NCBI RefSeq assembly: GCF_006345805.1
Contig: NC_043000.1
Coordinates: forward strand, 93,744,001 to 93,808,000
Source of the DNA: Octopus sinensis
Taxonomy: Eukaryota
Length of the DNA stretch: 64,000 nt
Direction: 5' to 3'
Position numbers and translations under genes: made by a program. Shown piece after piece: positions 57,699 to 64,000 of this stretch. Below the pieces are notes generated by a model, which worked only from the letters and a program-made list of their open reading frames with translations, did not search any database and was not told the origin of the DNA. Numbering within the stretch: position 1 is the first letter of the stretch; each line of letters starts with the position of its first letter.

Positions 57699-58454
57699 GT
57701 AAGTCAACTCAACGTATTTCATCAATATTTCCATGACTCTCTCTTTCTTTCTTCAATCTGTCTCTCTGTCTCTTTGTGTGTGAGTACATTTCCATTTATG
57801 TGTATGAGGAGAGGGAAAGTTTGTATGTCAGCTGTGTTCAGTCAATAAATTGTAACATCTCTCACTCCACCTCTCTCTCTTTCTCTGTCTCGCCCACCCA
57901 CTCTCTCTTTCTCTGTCTCGCTCACCCCCTCTCTTTCTCTCTTTCACTCACCCCACTCTCTCTCTCTTTCTCCCTCAATCTGTGCTTTTGTGTGTGAGCA
58001 TATTTTTCTTTAAGCGTATGAAGACAGGAAAAGTTTTTAAGTCAATCTTGTTCAGTTAATGAATTACAATCTCTGTCTTTCTCTCACTTTTTCGTCTCTA
58101 TGCATATCTATTTGTGCATGTGTGTGTTGGTGTATGTGTGCCTGCTTCTATGCTAAAAAGTTCTGTCACCAAATTAAACTGAATGGCCAATCAGCTGTGC
58201 CAAATTCTAAATTCCTAAACAGCTGCACCCAGTCGTCTCATTCTGTTTGGTCAGTGTGCACTAGGGAGGACATCCACATGTGAAAACAAATACTCCAACT
58301 ACAACACATTGAGAGAACCTCTTCCTCATTACTCAACCTGCTAGAGTTAGCAACCAAATCTCCTTCAAATCACAACTACCATCTTAATACTTCTATTAAC
58401 ATATTTCTGTTGAAATACACCTTTGTCTCAATTAATTTTAGGAATAATGAAGAA

Positions 58455-58855
58455 TTTTATTCTTTGACTTGTTTCTGTCACTTGACTGTGGCCATGCTGG
58501 AGCACTGCCTTTAGTTGAACAAATCGACCTCAGGACTTATTCTTTCTAAGCCTATCAGTCTCTTTTGCCGAACTGTTAAGTTACGGGGACGTAAACACAC
58601 CAACATCGATTGTCAAGAGATTGTATGGTGACAGACACAGACACACAAATGCATACACACACACACACACACACACACACGCATATATATATGACAAGCT
58701 TCTTTCAGTTTCCGTCTACCAGATCTATTCACAAGTCTTTGGTCTGCTTGAGGCTATAGTAGAAGACACTTGCCCAAGGTGCCACGCAGTGGGACTGGAC
58801 CCAGAACCATGTAGTTGGGAAGTAAGCTTCTTACCACACAGCCACACCTGTGCCT
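58455..58855 (-). mobile_element. Family A SINE, full-length
   Basis: Reverse complement matches 15996-16430. Confidence 0.85.
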
Positions 58856-58989
58856 ATTTTGTAAAATAATTTAAAGATTAACTTGGTGTTTGGTACAAAT
58901 CCACATGAAATGTTGATGAAAGCTTATAATTCAGATCACCTTATGACTGGAAGGTTGTATCACAGATCTATGTTGGTCTTAGCTGGATT

Positions 58990-59430
58990 GGTATCAAAAG
59001 GGTTTAATAATATGGAAGATTACATTAAATAGTGCTGATCTCTAAATGTAGAGGAAACCTCCCGAAAAGGTAGATCCAGGAAGACATAGGACAAGGTGAT
59101 GAAGCATGATCATTGAACATTGGGCCTCATGGAAGCCAAGTGACCAAGACCCTTGGCAGTAAGCTATGTCTGAGAAAACTCATCAAACCAAGTGAGATGA
59201 AAGTTGTGGCTGATGCCAGTGTCACGTAACTGGCACCCATGCTGCTAGCACATAAAAGCACCCATGTCAGTGGCACTTAAAAGGCACTCATTACACTCTT
59301 TGAGGGGTCAGTGTTAGGAAGGGCATCCAGCCATAGAAACCATGCAGCTCTCTGGCTTACCAGTTACAGTCAAGCCATCTAACCCACGCCAGCATGGAAA
59401 ACAGACGTTAAATGATGATGGTGATGAGTC
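58990..59430 (+). mobile_element. 3' end of an RTE-like LINE: decayed ORF end joined to the family-C 3' sequence
   Basis: 59051 onward reads EETSRKGRSRKT*DKVMKHDH*TLGL (cf. GRGRPRKTW..V..DL..LGL), then gttaggaagggcatccag...ccagcatggaaaacagacgttaaatgatgatg. Confidence 0.7.
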
Positions 59431-59859
59431 CTAGATGCATTATATCTGAAAATAGGATGGGTAGCCTTGGCTGAAGCATATTTAATCATGGAACCTCTCA
59501 GTCTCCAATTTGATCTGCAGATAAACAAGCCAAGAATATGACTCCACTCAAAACAATCCCAACTATGGCCTAAAGTGTTTCATTTATTTTTATGTACGTT
59601 CTTCCATGGAAGCATGGGTTAGATGAATATATATAATTAAAGCCTTGTTTTAATTATGCTTGGAACATAATTTTAATATGAAATTTTGGTAGGATATTCT
59701 AATCTAGACATCTTTAAAGCAGTAGGCTTTTATGTGGATCAAAGATGGTTTCTGGTGGGTTGGTATCAAAAGTCTAAATACAGAGAAATCATGTAATTTG
59801 TTATCTCTGTTTCTGTCTGTCTGTCTCGTCTCTCTCTCTCTCTCAATCTCTCTCTCTCC

Positions 59860-59919
<60 letters not shown>

Positions 59920-60030
59920 CTGTTTGTCTAACTACATATCTACCCATCTCTTTCTCACTCTCTCTGTTTGTCTATTTATCAATCAGACTATATATGTATA
60001 TATATCTAGCTATTAATCTGTCTGTCTATC

Positions 60031-60161
<131 letters not shown>

Positions 60162-60271
60162 CTATCTACCTATCTGTCTATGTGTCTTATTTTGATGACA
60201 TTTGTTGATTAGTTGAACCAGCCTTATAAACTAACAACTGTTATATACTTTACACTCTTCACCTGTTTCAG

Positions 60272-60386
60272 ACGACTTTGCTCTCAATACTGATCTAAGC
60301 GGTATGACCAATTATAACCACTGGGGAAGCCAAGGTCCGCAGCCTCCGCCTGGATCTTTACAAAGCAATATGCATATAAATACAGG
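60272..60386 (+). CDS. MEF2: MEF2 exon: (N/Y)DFALNTDLSGMTNYNHWGSQGPQPPPGSLQSNMHINT(G)
   Basis: Acceptor ctcttcacctgtttcag, donor AGG|gtaaga; 115 nt, phase 1-2. DFALNTDLSG parallels the MEF2 EYSLSSADLSSL motif. Not present in the ORF track. Confidence 0.85.
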
Positions 60387-60625
60387 GTAAGATAACATAT
60401 ACTTTCGTATATCTATTTCTGTAATTGTCTATGCATTTCTGATTTGTCAGCTGTATGAGATATCTATACACATTGCAAATGGTGAAAATATTAAAGAATG
60501 ATATTAAATTGCGAAAGCTGATTTGTATATATGAAATATCTCTGATATGAATAATAGTTTCTAAGAAAAGCAACTCAAAATATCATTTGAATAGACGACT
60601 CATGGGGATAAAATACTATATATCA

Positions 60626-60666
<41 letters not shown>

Positions 60667-61224
60667 CTTTAAAATTTATTGACAGGGTTGGATAACACAT
60701 TACATCTACAGTAATAAACAGGGTGTGTCTGAATATATATATATAGTCTGGGGCTATAGGAGAAGACACTTGCCCAAGGTGCCTTGAAGTGGGACTGAAC
60801 ATGAAACCATGTTGTTGGGAAGCAACCTTCTTAACCACACAGCCATGCCTGCATAGATTATATATGCACACATACATACTCACACACAGTCACACACATG
60901 CATGCATTCTCACTCAGAGTTGAATCATAGATGTAGCCATGATGTGTCAGTGATCTGATGTGTTAGCTTTGTTTATTTGCATTAATTTGTAAAATATACA
61001 ATTGTGTAATGCTGAGCTTGTATATTGATGCAGACATGTGTGTATGATTTTTGACTACTGAAATCAATAATACATGAAAAATGTTATGAAACAGCTGTAA
61101 TCATATGGAAGTCACGCGAGAAAAAATAAATATATCTTCACTTCTCACACCTCCTGACTTTATGCTTCATATATATATATATCCATTTAGTGTGAACTGT
61201 CAGAAGAAAGAGTACTTTATTATG

Positions 61225-61350
61225 GTTGAATCAGTCTCTTGCTACTTTGAGTTTCACCTGTAGGCTTACAGGATCATCAGGTAAGTTGTGACTGTTTAAA
61301 GATCTTGGGCACCTACACATGAAACTCAGAGTAGCAAGAGACTGACTTGA
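61225..61350. mobile_element. Head-to-head inverted PLE pLTR pair (intact-core hammerhead on the left arm)
   Basis: Arms tcagtctcttgctactttgagtttca / tgaaactcagagtagcaagagactga (26 bp, one mismatch). Confidence 0.75.
61238..61285 (-). ncRNA. Minimal type I hammerhead ribozyme (PLE type), core intact
   Basis: Reverse complement: cttac-CTGATGA-t-cctgta(agcc)tacagg-t-GAAA-CTCAAAG-TA-gcaag. Stem II is a perfect 6 bp, stem I pairs at 4 of 5 positions, triplet GUA. Confidence 0.75.
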
Positions 61351-61564
61351 ACAAAAATACAATATTATACATTTCCTTTTAGTTCATTTATGGGAATCAT
61401 TTTGAATATGCATATAAGACCTCCTATTCTATTATGCTAGCTGCAACCTAATGATGACAAATGGCAATACCACTACTTTTGGTCACATCATGTTGTGCCG
61501 ATATAATGTAGGATAAATACAATAATAATAATAATAATAATAACAATAACAATAATAATAATAA

Positions 61565-61807
61565 TCCATGGATGGAATTTATAAATATTTTAATGCTTCA
61601 CTACGCCTGTTTCCACAAATCAAATGTTTCTTATGATCATAGTCCATATTCCTGGGATGATTACAGTACAGTCCATAGCATCTGTGGACATCAGGTTGAT
61701 ATTGTTCAGGCATTCATTTCTAATATGGACTATGATCTTAAGAAACATGTGATTTTTGGAAACGCACGTAGTGATGCAGTAAAATATTTATAAATTCCAT
61801 CCATGGA
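61565..61807. mobile_element. Foldback/MITE-like element with about 41-bp terminal inverted repeats
   Basis: tccatggatggaatttataaatattttaatgcttcactacg / cgtagtgatgcagtaaaatatttataaattccatccatgga (2 mismatches), with TAA on both sides. Confidence 0.7.
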
Positions 61808-61869
61808 TAATTATTATTATTATTATTATTAAAGATATATATATATATAGACATACACATATATATTAG

Positions 61870-62465
61870 CTGTTGAGGCAAGTGAAAAGCAAATCAAATC
61901 AAAACAAATCAAAATAGATGAGCATAAATGGAATTTGTATCTTTGTGGTACCAGTGCCGGTGGCACACAAGAAAATCATCCGAACGTGGCCGTAGCCAGT
62001 ACCGCATAGACTGGCCTCCGTGCTTTGGGGACGTAACAAACACCATCCGATCGTGGCCGTCCGCCAGCCTCATCTGGCACCTGTGTCGGTGGCACATAAA
62101 AACACCATCCGAGCGTGGCCGTCTGCCAGCCTCATCTGGCACCTGTGTCGGTGGCACATAAAAACACCATCCGAGCGTGGCCGTCTGCCAGCCTCGTCTG
62201 GCACCTGTGTCGGTGGCACATAAAAACACCATCCGAGCGTGGCCGTTCGCCAGCCTCGTCTGGCACCTGTGTCGGTGGCACATAAAATCACCCACTACAC
62301 TCTCGGAGTGGTTGGCGTTAGGAAGGGCATCCAGCTGTAGAAACACTGCCAGATCTGACTGGCCTGGTGCAGCCTTCGGGCTCCCCAGACCCCAGTTGAA
62401 CCGTCCAACCCATGCTAGCATGGAAAACGGACGCTAAATGATGATGATGATGATGATGATGATAA
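61870..62465 (+). mobile_element. Family C element with an internal 62-bp tandem array (4 units)
   Basis: caccatccga at 62041, 62103, 62165 and 62227, then the family 3' end and a (GAT)n tail. Confidence 0.85.
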
Positions 62466-63565
62466 AATTGTTCACATATCTAGAATACAAATAGACACAA
62501 CAGTAAATGGCCATAAAATTACGAAATTTTGAGCATGAAGCATCTCTGGTCTCTGGATTTATTATCAGTCAAAAATCAATGCTTAAAAATAAATATCTGT
62601 AGAATCAACATGATTTCAATTACATATGGTGCCCCAATATGGTCACAGTTCTCTAGTTGTAGCTAGTAAATGAGTAAAGAGCAATATCATAGAGCACATC
62701 ATGGTTTGTTTGTTGGTTTTGTTTTTGTTATTTTTCCAAAAATTACATTTCTTGTTATAAATTATCTATACAAGAGTTTGATTGAATCATAGAAATATTG
62801 ATTGATTGATTCTAGTTTCAGCTTATGAGCTGTGGCCATGCTGGGGCACCGCCATTATGCATAGATTTTTTCTCCCACCCTTCCTCTTCGTTGTACTGAA
62901 CTAATTCATTCTAGGTAGTCTTTTTTTTTTTTTCCCTTTTCTTTTCCCTTTAAGAGCAGGGAAAATAAATATCTTCACCATGCCTTTATTTTTTTTTAAT
63001 CCCTTTGTTACAAAATTTTATGCCACAATTTTACTTAAGAACAGATTAGTCAGAGGGTATTTTTTTTTTTTATCAGAAATTTTTAAAGAACGTAAAGAAC
63101 AATTCTTCTCTCTCTCTTTTTTTTTGTCCTAAGATAAGTCTTTTTTGAATAGCTTGTTGAGACTGTGGAACCATCAAATAAAGGGGAAAACAATTTTGAA
63201 AAAAAAAAAAAAAAAGAGAGAGGAAACGTGAAAATGCTGGGTTAGGAGAAGGGTGAAGTAGGAAGAAGAGTGAGAAATGAAGAGAAAGACTTTGTGTGGA
63301 ATGTGAGTAGGAAAGAATTGGGGAGTTCAAAAAAATCCAAAAAAGAAAATAAAATATATTATGTCACAGAAAGGAAAAAAACAAGAGAAAGAGAGATATA
63401 AATAAGCAGAGAGAAAGAGAGAGAAAGAGTGACATGATTAAACAGAGAGAAAGAGAGAGAATCTGAAGAAGCCCATAAGAATATGTAGAATGAATGATGC
63501 TTGACAAATATCCAAGACAAGCACAAGGTTTTCTGAGGAGAGGATTTCTTTTCTTCTGGTTTCAG

Positions 63566-63635
63566 TGAAGTACCATGGGAACGATTCATGGAGCGACACT
63601 TTGAGCTGAAGAGTAGCAGACCATTATATGTCTAA
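63566..63635 (+). CDS. Possible alternative terminal MEF2 exon: (G)EVPWERFMERHFELKSSRPLYV*
   Basis: Strong acceptor tttcttttcttctggtttcag. The phase-2 frame required by the previous exon is the longest open frame here and ends at TAA 63633-63635. No homology recognised. Confidence 0.3.
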
Positions 63636-64000
63636 TTTCTGACTTTTAGTGCCTAACTTATAAGTTGCACTCCTCAAGATGGCCTAAAAAAAAAGTTTAA
63701 AAAAAAAAATACACACACAAACACAGATGGCTGGACATAGGCTTAAAGCAAACACAAATAACGATGATAACACATATCTGAAATGCGATGACAAATGAGA
63801 AATAGAACAATATCTGAAAGATCAAAGAATGAAAGACAGAAAGAAAAGTGAAAAGATACACCTACATACAAACATACTTACATATATATATAGATATATA
63901 TACATATATATATCTTTATATTTATCCACAGAAAGATGGTACTCATTTTTTTTCAAAAAAAAAAAAAAAAGGAGAAGTGAAAGTCTTTACTTTTGTATAC

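Noticed and set aside
59016-59045. ITLNSADL, resembling the MEF2 SLSSADL motif
   Set aside because: It is followed immediately by a stop, is in the wrong phase for the nearby AG, and lies within the RTE remnant. The better exon is at 60272.
61191-61280. 90-nt exon using the CAG|gtaagt donor
   Set aside because: It contains an in-frame TAG in the required phase and has a weak acceptor; the donor is explained by the antisense PLE sequence.
61572-61793. 73-aa ORF
   Set aside because: It begins and ends inside the terminal inverted repeats of the foldback element, with no recognisable protein.

Overview
AT-rich, microsatellite-saturated animal genomic DNA. The SINE/LINE repertoire suggests an octopus (inference from recalled repeat families, not a database hit). 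Almost all ORF-track entries are microsatellite artefacts. The + strand carries the middle part of a MEF2 (myocyte enhancer factor 2) gene. Five GT-AG exons join in frame (41428-41568, 47712-47895, 51151-51335, 53644-53752, 60272-60386). There is also a frame-preserving 48-nt cassette exon candidate (57651-57698) and a possible alternative terminal exon (63566-63635). I found neither the MADS/MEF2-domain exons nor the final KSEP exon in the window. The rest is intronic or intergenic: at least four SINE or LINE-3'-end families, a young-looking RTE-like LINE fragment with a 7-bp TSD, L1/Tx1-type RT and Penelope GIY-YIG remnants, and a foldback element. The most notable unannotated signal is a set of minimal type I hammerhead ribozymes of the Penelope-like-element (PLE) kind. 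Four have fully intact catalytic cores (5621-5665 +, 19801-19857 +, 30672-30735 -, 61238-61285 -), each from a different sequence family. They recur as short head-to-head inverted dimers.
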